A stretch of 63,037 nucleotides of DNA, filler included, from Lenisia limosa (taxonomy: Eukaryota; Protista; Breviatea), in assembly GCA_001655205.1 (NCBI GenBank). It is 11 parts of 11 records of this genome, joined end to end, with 100 filler letters (N's around TTAATTAATTAA, not from the genome) between each part and the next. Parts side by side here need not be neighbours in the genome. Positions count along the whole stretch, not along the records: positions 18,615 to 40,420 come from LPNZ01011398.1; positions 40,521 to 41,882 come from LPNZ01002974.1; positions 41,983 to 47,153 come from LPNZ01002812.1; positions 47,254 to 50,342 come from LPNZ01005692.1; 7 more parts are not named here. One strand, written 5' to 3'. The notes under the pieces are model-generated. The model was given only the letters and a program-made list of their open reading frames with translations. It was not told the DNA's origin and did not search any database. The translations under genes and the position numbers were made by a program. Below, in pieces: positions 34,208 to 47,292 of this stretch. Each line of letters begins with the position of its first letter. Position 1 is the first letter of the stretch.

Positions 34208-36473
34208 TTAGAAAACATCAAGCTCCCCCAGGCAGCCGACAAGCTGAGCTTTTTGTTTATCTTGGATAATGGAAGCTGGTATCACTGTGTTGTTGTTATC
34301 TTCTTTCCTCTTACATTTGTAGACCATTCTCTTTTTTGATGTTGTTTTTACTGGAAACGGGTTGTTTGTTTTATTCGGTGATAATGTGTAACGTATCACG
34401 TCATCGTAACCTCACTCTTTGTTATTCGTAACTGACATTTTAGAATTTTGACTCCCAGACATCGCGTGGTCCTCACGATTGGAGCACCAACCCTAAAGAA
34501 GCCGTAGTTATTTGAATATTCCTCAGTAGTTGCATTAAAACAGCTGATGAAGATCAGAGGTGAGGTATTACTCTAAAAGTGATAAACCACCACTGCATCA
34601 GACAAACGAGGAGTGAAAACATCAGAAAGAAGAGTTACACATCTCTATATACCTTGCTTTCGGAGGTTGGTGGCAACTCCTCGACAAGCTCACGAAACTT
34701 TTGATCCTCTTATTTATAAGAAGTAATACAAGATGGTAATCAAAGACATAACGAAGGCCAGCTCTACTAACAAGTATTGGTAAAGTTGAGATACTCAAGA
34801 GAGTATTCCCAAATTCTTATGTAGAGTTGGGGTCTCTAATGACAAAATGACAAAAGCCTTTAGCATCTACCTCGCCTAGCTCCTCAGCATCTTGGGAGTT
34901 TTCTCGCAAAACGGGGTGATTGGAACTTGTCGTCTATTAATAGGCATTTAGGTAATAAACTATTTTTGACAACAAAAGTGGGGGAAAACTGAATAATACA
35001 AGAAAAACTAAAAAAAACTAGGCGGGCCTTTTTTACAGTTTTTTTTGTGTTTTCTCTGTACTTGAATATTTAGTTTATGGTTCCACAAAAGAAAAATAAG
35101 ATAAAACTATTTTGTGAAAACCTGACTGCTCAACTCATCTTATGTGACCTTCAACCACTACCTCAAAATGTAAAATGATTGAAATTGTGAAAAGTTATGA
35201 ACAAAACACTTTGTCTTTATACTTCTACCCGGCACTGTGTGTATACCATATGATGATATAGCTATGTATGCATCCAATACAGTAAAGTGAGGTTCTGAGA
35301 AGAAAATCGAATTTTTGCATAAACACTCTTATATCATACCTAGAGATACTGCCCAAAAGTTCGGCCAAAATTCCAATTGTAAAAATGTGAAGCTACTCTG
35401 ATAAAGGAATATTCAAGGACTGGTTGAGATGAGAAGCTCTGAGTGTCTTCTTTTGAATCACCTTTTCTGTCTATTTAAAATGTTTATGATCATCCCAAGT
35501 GCCCATATACGAGAGGCTTTTGTGAAGCGAGTTGTTTTCTTCCTGCCTTTCCAATGACTACTTATCCTGTTTGATCTGAATTGTGCTTTTCACGAGAGTT
35601 GTCGGGTAAAAAAACAGCTGCCTATTTCAACATCCGTCAATTTCCTTGGATCCCCATTTACGAAATTCCATGAAAATATTTTGTTATTTATATGAATATA
35701 TGATATGTACATACAGAAGTCCAAATAACCAAATATGATCCCACAAGTATGCTTACGTAACTACTTACGGTACTCTTAACATAAAGTTTGCAGCGACTTA
35801 CCAGAATAAATGTCTTCCCCAAGAGTAACATTGTGAGTCCATCTATCCTTAGCATCAGTTAAGGCCATGACCTGTGTTATCAACTATTGTTGTTCTTACT
35901 TCTTTTGAGAGGTAATTCCTCAAGAGCTGCTCATGTTTGAGGGCATTACTCACTCGTGATGAAATGTAGCATGCAAGCTCTTCTTCTTGCCTGGAATATT
36001 ATTGAAAATTCCCTACGAGAGAAACTCTTTGACAAATTCTTGAGGTAATAAGCCACTGTCCCATTTACATCCTCTAATTGTCACATTTTCCAAAATAAAC
36101 AAAATTTGAAACTGAGATATCTCATTATCAACCAAGATACAAACATCAGACTTCTTTTCAATCTGGCCAGACAAATTGCTTTGATGAATAAAGAGTGTTG
36201 GATATCCAGTGAAACACATATTCCTTAAGTGAAAAGAATATGGTTTGTTGCATAATACTACAGATGGGGTTGCAATATTTGCAATCAAGGTCTAAATATG
36301 AATGAAAAAGAACATACAGGCTCCAGTCCACATATAGGAGGGGGGGATGGAACAACTGAGCTTGTGCAGTTGATAACTCTTGGATCACTTGGTGGGTAAC
36401 TGAAGACAACCTGTTTTCCACTAGACCTCTTCACTACCAACGCAATGCAAGATACTGCCCGGCTTAAACTCAT
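34208..36473 (-). CDS. NPRL3: NPR3/NPRL3-like GATOR1 subunit (multi-exon; 3' boundary tentative)
   Basis: MSLSRAVSCIALVVKRSSGKQVVFSYP...LIANIATPSVVLCNKPYSFHLRNMCFTGYPTLF matches the NPRL3 longin N-terminus (ILV.SG.RG..LLFRYP; LA.IL......C.KFE..ID..F.G.PTL). HEQLLRNYLSKE|VMAL resembles HEE.RCQYLTRE; RVASHFYNW resembles the HL.YW segment. Confidence 0.65.
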
Positions 36474-37073
36474 TGTTATGTGTATCTTCTGCAATTATGC
36501 TGCAAACACTACGGATTGGTCAAAAAAAAAAATCATGATTTACTCAAATAATTTATGGCAAAAGCATACATCATGATTTAATCAGGGGGACAAAAGGGGG
36601 ATGCAATAATATTGATTTTAAACAAGAGAAACATGGGGTGTAGAGTAGAGATCCTGGGGGAGCAATTTGTTTTTTCTTGAATTAGTCTACGGGCAAGAAG
36701 GGGCAAAAGGTAACGGTAGTCTACTCAACAGCAAGGCAGGAAAATACCAAATTGATGGACTTTTAGATGAGAATTTTTAAGAACCCAAGGTTGAAGACAC
36801 TTAAGTGAGCAGTTTCATCAGTGGATATGAATCTTCAGACAAAAATAAATTTTAAAAGCCACATTAAGTCCATCAACAGTAGGTTTCTCATTCAGGAGAG
36901 GTCATTTCCATGGGTTTTGCGTTTCAATGGTCTCCCTTCTCCTAACTTCATTATCTTTAAGAGACAATAATATTTATTAACCAGAGTACATCCTTTTCCA
37001 GACTAAATACTGAGATACTCTGAAGAAAAAGAAAAAGAAGAAATCTGACCTGAAAAAAAAAAGGAGTCATAAG

Positions 37074-37120
37074 AGGTCACACTGGGTATCGAACCCCCCA
37101 GTATTGGTTCAAACCATGCT
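37074..37120 (-). tRNA. tRNA-like 3' half (possible tRNA-Gln(TTG) pseudogene or SINE head)
   Basis: Minus strand: TGG-TTTGAA-CCA anticodon-like arm, G-run-TTCGATA-CCCAG T-arm, then TGTGACCT acceptor-like end. No matching 5' acceptor or D-arm found. Confidence 0.3.
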
Positions 37121-38189
37121 TATTGGCGTCAGTCAAATCCGAATAATGTCCCCCAGGATCTCTCTACTAACCATGAAGAGAAATACACATTAAAAATCTT
37201 GGGAAACAAATACATACATAGGGATACCATCAACAAATTACCTTTTTTCTAGCCGAGTCTCTATTGAAACTAGGATCATAGAGATCCAGCGGTTGACTAC
37301 GCAAAGAAACATCCAACCTAGGAGGTGTAAAGAATGGGGGGTCGGGTCCCCATTTTATGAAGAAATTATTGTTCACGAAGTCCACGTCATCAAATCAGAA
37401 TTATTCCATTTTCAAAAAGAAATGTTTAAAAACGTGGAAGTGTCATTATTGTTGTTATGAAGAGAAACAGGAGAGAGAAACAGGAGAAAATCAACAAGTA
37501 AATATACAGGAAGAGAATGGGAATGTGATGATTTTTATTACAGAAATTTCATCCAAAAATGAATTACTGGTTGAATAGCCCATATGATGCAAACAGGGGT
37601 GAAACCGGGAGTGTAGCAGGGGTGACATCCGCGGGAAAAAAAGAGGAGGAATAGGAAGTTCTACAATGAAAGGCTTGTCAAACAAAAATAGAAAACAACT
37701 ATAAACACAACTTTTCCCAGCCACAATGGACTGTCAGTGTTGAATTCAAAATTCAGTGAAATAATGGAGAAATGCCTCTCCGCTGCCCATTCAAGGGGTT
37801 TCTGGAAATTTCTCGATTTTTATTTTTACCTTTCCGCGGCCAACGTATATTCTCAGGAAAATGGCTCATATTTTTGACCTCTCCGTGGCCCATTCCTTTC
37901 CCCTTAGTTTCCCTCTCCCCTTACCTTTCCTCCAATCCTATAATATCTCCAAAAGCAATACCTGTGGTAATTTGTGGATTTGTTAATTAATAGTCAGCAA
38001 CTGGATAGGGTGGCAACCTTACATTGATAGACAATATTGTCACATATGCAGCATGTGAGATCGATCCTTCACATATTTACTTCGCTAATAAGACTTTTGG
38101 ACCAAGATAGAACGTGAAAGGGGAGCAGATGAGTTCTCCGATTTCCTGCTCTACTGCCGCTAGAGACTGCTTCCCCGCCACCATTATTC

Positions 38190-39323
38190 TTGGAGGTAAT
38201 GACATCATGAGTGATGCTCAGAAGCGTGAAGCCCCCCAAGTAAAGCCACTGAACGTCCAGTTTTCTGCAAGTGGTGACCCATTCGCTGATTAGATCTCAA
38301 AGTAATTCCAAGAAAACCCAGACTCCATAGCACCAAACCTTGTTGAGCCAAGGGAGGAAGCCAAGAAGGCAGCACGCCAAAATAACTGCTATTTACTTGG
38401 TTGCAATGGGTCCCTCGTTCTTCTCCACAATGAGTTTGCTTCGGTATGTGGAGATTATATCCGAGCGGGGTGGACATGGCCCCCACAAGCCAGGTGTCGT
38501 CGTGCNNNNNNNNNNNNNNNNNNNNNNCTCATGATTCTGCAATTAAGAGGATCCAAGAAGACGTCGGTCAAGGAAATCATTTCTTAGAAGGCGCCATTTC
38601 TATGGCTATTTTACTTGCACAAGAATCCACCGACACTCTCAAGAAGCTCACAGGTGCTGCCTCGATCCTCACTGCCTCAAATTCCCCTAAAACCTCTCAA
38701 CAGTTGGCAAAGACAGTCTGTGAAATTGTGACGAAGGTGCTTGACGTTGGACCTATCACCGAAGGAGTACCGCAAATCGCAGTTGTACCAATGGCACCTG
38801 GTGAGCAGATTGTTACAATCAAGGAGGATGAGGTTGTTGCAAAATTGGAGGACCTTAAGCAAGAAAAGATTCGAAAACAACGATTTGCCACAACTTTTGG
38901 AGGTCTTGGTGGTCCATAGGTTAGCTTCAATGGTTTCAGATTCAGTGTCTGCATTTTCTGTTCGTTCTTAGAAAGACAAATACTTTCATTATTCTTTTCA
39001 CTTAGATGTTTTGTTTCACACTATTAATAAATTGATAATTTTATATTCCTTTTTATTATGTTAAGGTACTCTTCAACAATCAAGAGGGAACCAAATTGTT
39101 AGCAGATGGAAGGAAGAGAAGACTCAATTAAGCCGCTGCCGCTGCTGTCGAGAAAGAGAATGAGAAGCAACCCGCTCAGAAGAAGCAGAAAAAGACAAAG
39201 AAGACACAGGGCGAAGAGAAAGGAAGGGCTGAAAAGAACAAAATTGAGAAAGAGAAAGCTGAAAAGAAGAAGAAAATTGAGAAAGAGAAAGCTGAAAAGG
39301 AAAAGAAAAGTGAGAAAGAATAA
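38190..39323 (+). pseudogene. Interrupted coding region: helical segment plus Lys/Glu-rich tail, unknown family
   Basis: Protein-like frames broken by TAG 38291, TAA 38303 and TAA 39129; open 38530-38919 (HDSAIKRIQEDV...FGGLGGP); KE-rich tail 39132-39323. Confidence 0.45.
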
Positions 39324-39839
39324 GGGGGAAAATTGTTGTGAAAAAGAAGAAACCAACTGAGATGTTCTTTCATGTTTATTTAGGTTCCAAATATATCATA
39401 TATTATTATCATTCATTTAGTGTGGTTGTTTTCAGTATTTACATTTTNNNNNNNNNNAGCAAGAAATAAAGACTGAAAATGGGAATTTATAAAGGGTAAA
39501 ATCGGGTTTAGTGTCGATAGCATATATTATATCAGATCACTTTCCAAAAGTGCCCCCTTACTCCCGAAGATGAACTCCGTGTCCGTCCAAAGTGTGTGCT
39601 AGCTTGAAAGATTTGCTGTCACATTGCTCTTTAACAGCAATCCTCGGTCCGCCACAGACATCGCGAACATGATTTGTTCTTCTGAAACAGTGAGAGTGAT
39701 AAACAATATAACATTAAATCATATTGAGTAAATTTAGCCCGTCAAACCGGTGTGGGAACAGTCGTTTTCTAGGATTGTAAGTATCATATCAATGGCTATT
39801 GACAAACTCAGGAATTACTTTAAGTGAGTCTTATATGTA

Positions 39840-39900
39840 TAGTCAAAGCTCCGGACATCATTCAAAATTCCCGGACACATCAAAACTCCCGGACAGCTTA
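39840..39900. mobile_element. Probable Tc1/pogo-like element left end with CCGGACA subterminal repeats
   Basis: TA-TAGTCAAAGCTCCGGACA followed by two more (C)CCGGACA motifs; runs toward an assembly gap. Confidence 0.45.
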
Positions 39901-41425
39901 AGTTTTCTATACAAAATCACCATAAACCACCCAGAAACCCCCTCATTTCCCTTCGGTTTTTGAAAGTAATCTCAATCTTAATCAAATAATGAAACCCCAA
40001 TTTAACATATTATCGNNNNNNNNNNNNNNNNNNNNNNNNNNNNNNNNNNNNNNNNNNNNNNNNNNNNNNNNNNNNNNNNNNNNNNNNNNNNNNNNNNNNN
40101 NNNNNNNNNNNNNNNNNNNNNNNNNNNNNNNNNNNNNNNNNNNNNNNNNNNNNNNNNNNNNNNNNNNNNNNNNNNNNNNNNNNNNNNNNNNNNNNNNNNN
40201 NNNNNNNNNNNGCATAGCCAAAGCAAAGAGGAACCCGGAACGAATTACTCCGAGGGGTACAAATTTTTGTTTCTTAACACTAAAAGAGGGTAAGATTCAG
40301 AAGACCAAATTCACGGATTTTTGACATTTGCTCAAAATTGAAAAAAAAAAGTTAGGGAACGAGGTCCATTTCTCTATGTATCTGTCGAAGCATTTTTTCA
40401 AAAAACACTAGCAATGGCCTNNNNNNNNNNNNNNNNNNNNNNNNNNNNNNNNNNNNNNNNNNNNTTAATTAATTAANNNNNNNNNNNNNNNNNNNNNNNN
40501 NNNNNNNNNNNNNNNNNNNNACATATTAAAAAAAGGGGTGGAGGGGGAGTAAAATTGAAAAATATATGAAACAAAAAAAGGCCAAAATCGGGGGGGATAA
40601 TAAAACTGTTTCTTGGTTGGCTGGGATAAGGGAATTATATACATAGCAAATCGGTCAAGACTTGTCCTGGTCACATATATAAGTTCATTCCATGATTTAC
40701 CCTTTATCACTATTTAGTTTTCTTTCACTTACATATGATTATGACTTTAGAAAACGCGTTGAATTACATTGACGATATGCTACAAGTCGACTCGATCGTC
40801 TTTGTCCTCTTCCTGATTAGTGGGATGGCAAGAAATCTATGCAAAAAAAATACAAAGGGATACCAAAAACAAATTACCATCCTTCCACGCCCACTAGTAG
40901 TAAGATTTATTACAGTATCTTGCGGCATTGTTATACGATTTCTTTTTGTTTTCTTTTTTTTATTATTTTTTCTTTTTTTTATTTTTTTTTTCATTTTCCC
41001 ATCTCTCTCATCAGTGGGCCAATATTATAATGATTTTTTTATGATTTTTATTTTATACTATGTTTTGTTTCATACATTTTACTTCAATTTTATGTTTGGT
41101 TAGGATTTTCGTTTCGTGATTAGTACAAATACGCCAATATTCTTCATCGAAATTTCCTTCATTTTCACTCCAACAAAGTTGATTTCGGGGTTTTTTCAAT
41201 TTTCACCCATGTTTACGTACGCTGGTCATATAATATCATCACCCACTTGTCATATAATCCCCGCAGTTGTCCTCTTCTGTTTCCTGGTCTTCTTCCTGCC
41301 GCTGATCTCCATTCTCACGCGCGAGTCCTTCGCCACTGTCGAAATGATCTTGCTGATCCCTCCGCATTTCGTGGAGAAGGTGGGTCCACTTGCTGAAGTG
41401 ATATCATAGTAACATTTAAGGTAGC

Positions 41426-41483
41426 AATCATCTGAAAGTAGCAATCATATGAAAGTGGCAATCATATCAATGTAGCAATCACA
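41426..41483. repeat. 17-bp tandem repeat (GCAATCATATGAAAGTA) ~3.5 copies
   Basis: Directly visible head-to-tail units. Confidence 0.8.
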
Positions 41484-42909
41484 TAAAAACTGTTCACCTC
41501 CGGGTACCACTGTTTACCCCCAGGTACCCGCAATCCGAGCCATGTTTGATGAAGGCCAACTCTCCGGTGATAACAATGTCAAGGAGGAACTCAATAAACA
41601 GATACTGCAACAAAGTTGGCGGCTGACTTTTTCCAACTTTTTGGTTTTACGCTTTAATCTAACCAAAATTCTACCTTTTGAGAAGATTTTGTACGGATTA
41701 TGTTTTGAATCTATTTACGTATTTGTTCAACTGTTATTTTTCTTGGAGGTTTTTTTATTATTCTGTATCTCTCGTCAAAAATCTTCACCCCGCCGCCGCC
41801 CATCATTGAGAGATTTATTCAACTTATTTACGAAATTAGACGCAGTCATGAAAGCTGCGAGAGAAGGGATTCTCATCATCAANNNNNNNNNNNNNNNNNN
41901 NNNNNNNNNNNNNNNNNNNNNNNNNNTTAATTAATTAANNNNNNNNNNNNNNNNNNNNNNNNNNNNNNNNNNNNNNNNNNNNGATCAAGTGATAAGGGGG
42001 TTGGGGGTTGCCCAAGTGTTTAAGGGGTATCAATATCACCTTAACATCAACAATAACCACCAATAACAACAATATCAATATCATCATTAACAACAATAAC
42101 CACCATCATTAACAACAATATCACCACCATCATAAACAACTAATCCTGATCATGTTTCGAAGAAAATGAAAACCAAGAGTAAGGCCAAAGCCACCGTAAA
42201 AATTATAACATTCAAATGTATTGCTGTACGACGAGGGGAGGCAGACGGGAGCATCGTAGAGCAAACAGAAGATCTTAACAGGAAGGAAGTTAACCATTCA
42301 AGTTGTTTCTACCAAAATACCATATATATTTCTATTACAATCACTATACGAGATGTACCAACCGTTAACAGACTGCAGCACAATCAAGAACTTCTTCAGC
42401 AAAAAATGCAAGTTGCTAAACGCTGAAAGCACTTTATTCATGTGACTGCAACACAGAAAAACACCTATTAGCTTATCCGGACTTCCCCACCCCCTCGCGT
42501 CATATGATGTGCATCGGCTCAAACATTTGAAAGAATATATTGCCTAAGCTCTTCCGTACACTTATCCCTTGCTTCATAATTAGTCTAAAGAGAAGGATTT
42601 GGATCAGATTGAATCGTTCAAGTATGCCGATGTCACGGAGTACCGACGGCTGGCTCGGAATACATTCTTCGAAAACTCGAAATGTAGGATTTAGTATTTG
42701 GACATGTCCTCGAATATTTATTATTAATATAATTATAAAGCTGGAACCGCTTTCAAATAAAATAATACCTATTATAGAAGGTTGTTTTCATTGCTTCTTC
42801 TGGAAGAATCGGGAATATTCTAAACTTAATTGAAATCCCTTTATAAGCTTTTTTTCAGAATTTTTGACTCACTTTTCGGGCTTGCCGTCTGATTTACTTG
42901 TTATTCACC

Positions 42910-45900
42910 ATGGCTGATACTGTATGAGGGCTAATCAACACAATGTAGTTTTATTTACCATGCGCTTCCCACTTTTCAATCTTCATAGTTTGTTCTTATA
43001 ACTGTAGATCATTGCTCACAACGCTGAAGAGCTCGATGCTCTCCTCACTCGCACCGCTGAGGCCCAGCTCAAGTACTCTACCTACACTCAAGAGCAGGTT
43101 GATGCCATCTTCCACAGTGTATGCATCTTGCAGTTATTGTTAAATCTAAAACTTCCAGCCATTCCCCATTTGGCTCTTTTTTCGGTCTTTCTCACATGCT
43201 CAGGTTGCCCTCGCTTCCAACGAGGCTCGTTTCTCTCTTGCCAAGATGGCTCGTGAGGAGACCGAGATGGGTGTCATTGAGGACAAGGTCGTCAAGAACA
43301 ACTTCGCTTCTGAGATCGTCCATAACAAGGTCGGTTGGCTTTCTTTCATAGTTTTTACTGCTCACACTGCTTTTAAATAGGGTTGTGAGGGATTTTTTCC
43401 AATTCAATTCAGTTGATGATGATGACGATTTCACAAGTTTGACTCTTTTGCAGTACAAGAACACTAAGACCTGCGGTGTCATCGAAGACGATGAGGAAGG
43501 TGGCGTTACCCGTGTCGCTGAGCCCATTGGTGTATGCTTGCGGGTGGTATTCTTGACTGCTTCCTTTAATTCCCCTTTCTGCTTCCTATTTCTTGGTTTA
43601 TTTAGACCATTATGTTCATTTTGCCAGGTATTATACATTTCCGGGTGGTTGCCACTCTGACTCTTCTCTAGATCATCGGTGGTATCCTCCCTTGCACCAA
43701 CCCTACCTCGACTCTGATCTACAACACCCTCCTTGCCCTTAAGACCCGCAACGCCGTCGTCTTTGCCCCCCATCCCCGCGCCAAGGCCTGCTCCGCTGCC
43801 ACTGCTGAGCTTGTCAACAAGGCTGCTGTTAAGGCTGGTGCTCCCAACGGTCTCGTCGGGTTTGTGGGGTGTTTTTAGACTTTCGCCTTCTCGAGACCAT
43901 CTTCACAGATTATTTGATCATTGTTTCGCCGCTTTGTGTTTGTTGCTTGTCTTCTTTGACGCTCTTTTAGCTGCATTGGTTCCCCCACCCTCGAGATGAC
44001 CGGTGGTCTTATCAAGCACCCTAAGGTCGATATGGTCCTCGCCACTGGTGGTCCCGGTATGCACCGCTTTTGTTTAATTTGGCCTTTTGTTTTAATCTTT
44101 TGTTACAGTTTCATAGCTTCATTTTTTTTTTCTAAGTTACTCATTTCAAATTACGTTTTTGAGTATCTCTCACCACTCAGGCATGATCAACGCCGCTTAC
44201 ACCTCCGGCAAGCCTGCTGTCACCGGTGGCGCCGGTAACACCCCCGCTGTCATCCACGAGTCCGCCGATATCGAGATGGCTGTCAACTCCATCCTCATGT
44301 CCAAGACCTTCGATAACGGTCTCATCTGCGCCTCCGAGCAGGGTCTTATCGTCGTCGACTCCATCTACGATCAGGTCAAGGCTGAGCTCATCAAGCGTGG
44401 CTGCCACATCATGAACGAGGCTGAGTCCAAGATGGTCACTGACACTCTCTTTGCTGACAACCGCATGAACGCCAAGCTTGTCGGTCAGACCGCCCATTTC
44501 AACGCCAAGGCTTCCGGCTTCGACGTCCCCACCACCACCCGTGTTCTCGTATGGGGATTCATTATAATCGTTGTTTCTCTTCTCACACGTTCTTGTAAAA
44601 ATCCGAGTTAACCAACGGGTAATCCGTCTTCTCTCACACTCCCTTAGGTTGCCGAGATCGACGAGGTTCAGGAGTCCACTCCCCTCTGCCGTGAGAAGCT
44701 CTGCCCCGTCCTCGCCATGTACCGCGCCAAGGACTACGACACCGCTCTCGATATGGTAGGCTTTGGCGGTTGTTATATGTTTTATTTTGGTTTGGGTGTT
44801 GGATTTTATTTCATCTTTTCGTCGCTACGTCGTATTTCTATTATCTTTGTAAAACATAATCTCCGATCCTTTTACCCCCCAGGCTGTTTCCGTCATCTCC
44901 ATGGGAGGCCTCGGTCACACCTCTTGCCTCTACGTCAACACCCTCAACGAGGCCCGCATCTCTGAGTTCCAGCACCGTCTCCCCGCCGGCCGCGTCCTCG
45001 TCAACACTCCCTCCACCTTCGGCGCTATCGGCCAGATGTACAACTTCCAGACCGTTCCCGGACTCACCATTGCCTGCGGCTCATGGGGTGGCAACGCCAC
45101 TTCCGAAGTTGTCGGCCCCAGCGACCTCCTCAACATCAAGACTGTCTCCCACAAGCGCGAGAACATGCTCTGGTTCCGCGTTCCTCCCCGCATGTACTTC
45201 AAGGCCGGTATCCTCGGCAGCGCTCTCCGCGAGTGCCTTCTTTCCAAGAAGGTCTACATCGTCACCGACGCCATCATGGTCAAGCTCGGCTTCATTCGTC
45301 AGCTCACCGACCATCTCAACGTCATGGGCGTCCAATACGAGATGTTCACCGACGTTGCTGGTGAGCCTTCTGAGGAGCTCGTCCGTCGTGGTGTCATCGC
45401 TCTCCAGAACTTCCAGCCCGAGGCTCTCATCGCTTTCGGTGGTGGATCAGCTATTGACGCTTGCAAGATGATGCGTCTCCTCTACGAACAACCCGAGCTC
45501 AAGATCGGCGAGGCTTTCGTTCGCTTCATGGATATCCGCCGTAAGGTCGTCAACTTTAAGCCTCAGGGCACCAAGGTCAAGCAGATGATCATGATCCCCA
45601 CTACCTCCGGTACCGGAGCTGAGGTCACCCCCTTCGCTGTTATCTCATCCGAAACCGGTGGAGTTGCTCGCAAGTTCGCCATTGCCGACTACACTCTCAC
45701 TCCCGATGTCGCTATCATTGATCCTTCTTTCTCCTGCAAGATGCCTCAAGGTCTTACCGCCAACACCGTATGCGGAGTCTGTTTTTGCTTTAAATCTTTT
45801 GAATGTTGTTATTTTTAACTATTTCCTAACTAAGATCCTGCTCTTTTCACTCCCCAGGGTCTCGATGCTCTCACCCACGCTCTCGAAGCCCACGTTTCCG

Positions 45901-46867
45901 TCATGGCCTCCGACTACACCAAGGGACTTTCCCTCAAGGCCTGCCAGTTGATCTTCAAGTACCTCGGCGAGTGCTACGACGACGTTGAGGGCAAGAACAT
46001 CTTCGCTCGTGAACGTCTCCACAACGCCTCTGCTATGGCCGGTATGGCTTTCGCCGTGAGTGGGACAATATGGATGCTTTGCTTTTATTCTTAAACTTGA
46101 GTCAGTGGGTGCAGGCTGTAGAAGTTTGTTTTGCTCATAAATGTTCTTATTTTGCTCCCCCCCCCCTCCCAACTTTGATCAATTGATCTCACCCCCCAGA
46201 ACGCCTTCCTCGGTATCAACCATTCTCTTGCCCATGNNNNNNNNNNNNNNNNNNNNNNNNNNNNNNNNNNNNNNNNNNNNNNNNNNNNNNNNNNNNNNNN
46301 NNNNNNNCCTCATGGACTCTGCAACGCCGTCGTCCTTCCCCACGTCATTGACTACAACTCCCACGAGGTTGGCTTGAGGGATGAGTTCTCTTTTGGTCGT
46401 TGTTATTTAATCTTCAAAATTGTCCGGTCGTCTTTAAGCCCCGGGTTCCGATTTCATTTATCTAGGCACCCACCAAGATGACTCCCTTCGCCCAATACAC
46501 CAAGCCCTCCGCTGCCGGTGACTACGCTGAGATTGCTATCGCCTGTGGCTTCGGTTCCATTGACAAGTCCGACGAGGAGAACACTCAGGCTCTCATCAAG
46601 GCCGTCCGCGACCTTACCGTCCGTCTCAACATCCCCACCTCTTTCCAGGAGTGCAAGGTGAGAAGGAGTTTTGGGTCGATTTTTCTTGCAATCTTTTACA
46701 ATTATTTTCTCACGCCCAAGGTTGACGAGGCTGAGTTCATGGAGTGCCTTGACCAGCTTTCCGAGGTTGCCTTCGACGATCAGTGCACCGGCTGCAACCC
46801 CCGCTTCCCCATCATCTCCGAGATGAAGGAGCTCTTCGTCAAGTCTTACTACCCCATCCGCGATTAG
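42910..46867 (+). CDS. adhE: Bifunctional acetaldehyde-CoA/alcohol dehydrogenase (AdhE), at least 13 exons
   Basis: Exons 42910-42921, 43008-43118, 43204-43329, 43454-43531, 43672-43859, 43971-44056, 44181-44548, 44648-44755, 44883-45767, 45858-46055, 46200-46367 (N gap inside), 46466-46657, 46721-46867; all GT-AG and in phase. Motifs: TQEQVDAIF, EDKVVKNNFASE, TNPTST, LATGGPGM, GAGNTP, SKTFDNGLICASEQ, CGSWGGN, ENMLW, GGGSAID, PTTSGTGAEVTPFAV, GLDALTHALE, HSLAH, PHGLCNA, AFDDQCTGCNPRFP. Collinear with recalled E. coli AdhE. Confidence 0.98.
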
Positions 46868-47253
46868 ATCTTTTGTGTGTTTTCTATGTGTAAGCTATGT
46901 GTTTAGCAATTCGTCTATTTAATCAATAGAATGTTTCAATTCAAGCCTTATTTGGAGAGTTTTTTTTACGTGCTTTTGATAGTTTTATTTATCCTTTAGG
47001 AAATATTTATTGAGTCTTTTATTAATTATTTGGAGTAACTAATTTTAATTTGAAATGAAAGTGTTCGAAGGTTCCAGTTAGAATCCATAGTGTCTCACTA
47101 TTTATTTTGATGTGGGTGAAAATACATAAAACTTGCAATGGACTTAACCTCTANNNNNNNNNNNNNNNNNNNNNNNNNNNNNNNNNNNNNNNNNNNNTTA
47201 ATTAATTAANNNNNNNNNNNNNNNNNNNNNNNNNNNNNNNNNNNNNNNNNNNN

Positions 47254-47292
47254 ACCAACAAAACAACAAAGCCCAGTCGCTTCTAGCACCAC
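47254..47292 (-). repeat. R1 repeat, partial copy at scaffold start
   Basis: ACCAACAAAACAACAAAGCCCAGTCGCTTCTAGCACCACG matches R1. Confidence 0.7.

Noticed and set aside
38291-39131. Non-standard genetic code with TAA/TAG = Gln
   Set aside because: The read adhE and Sec7 exons contain no in-frame TAA/TAG, and adhE ends in TAG where the family ends; stops are confined to decayed regions.
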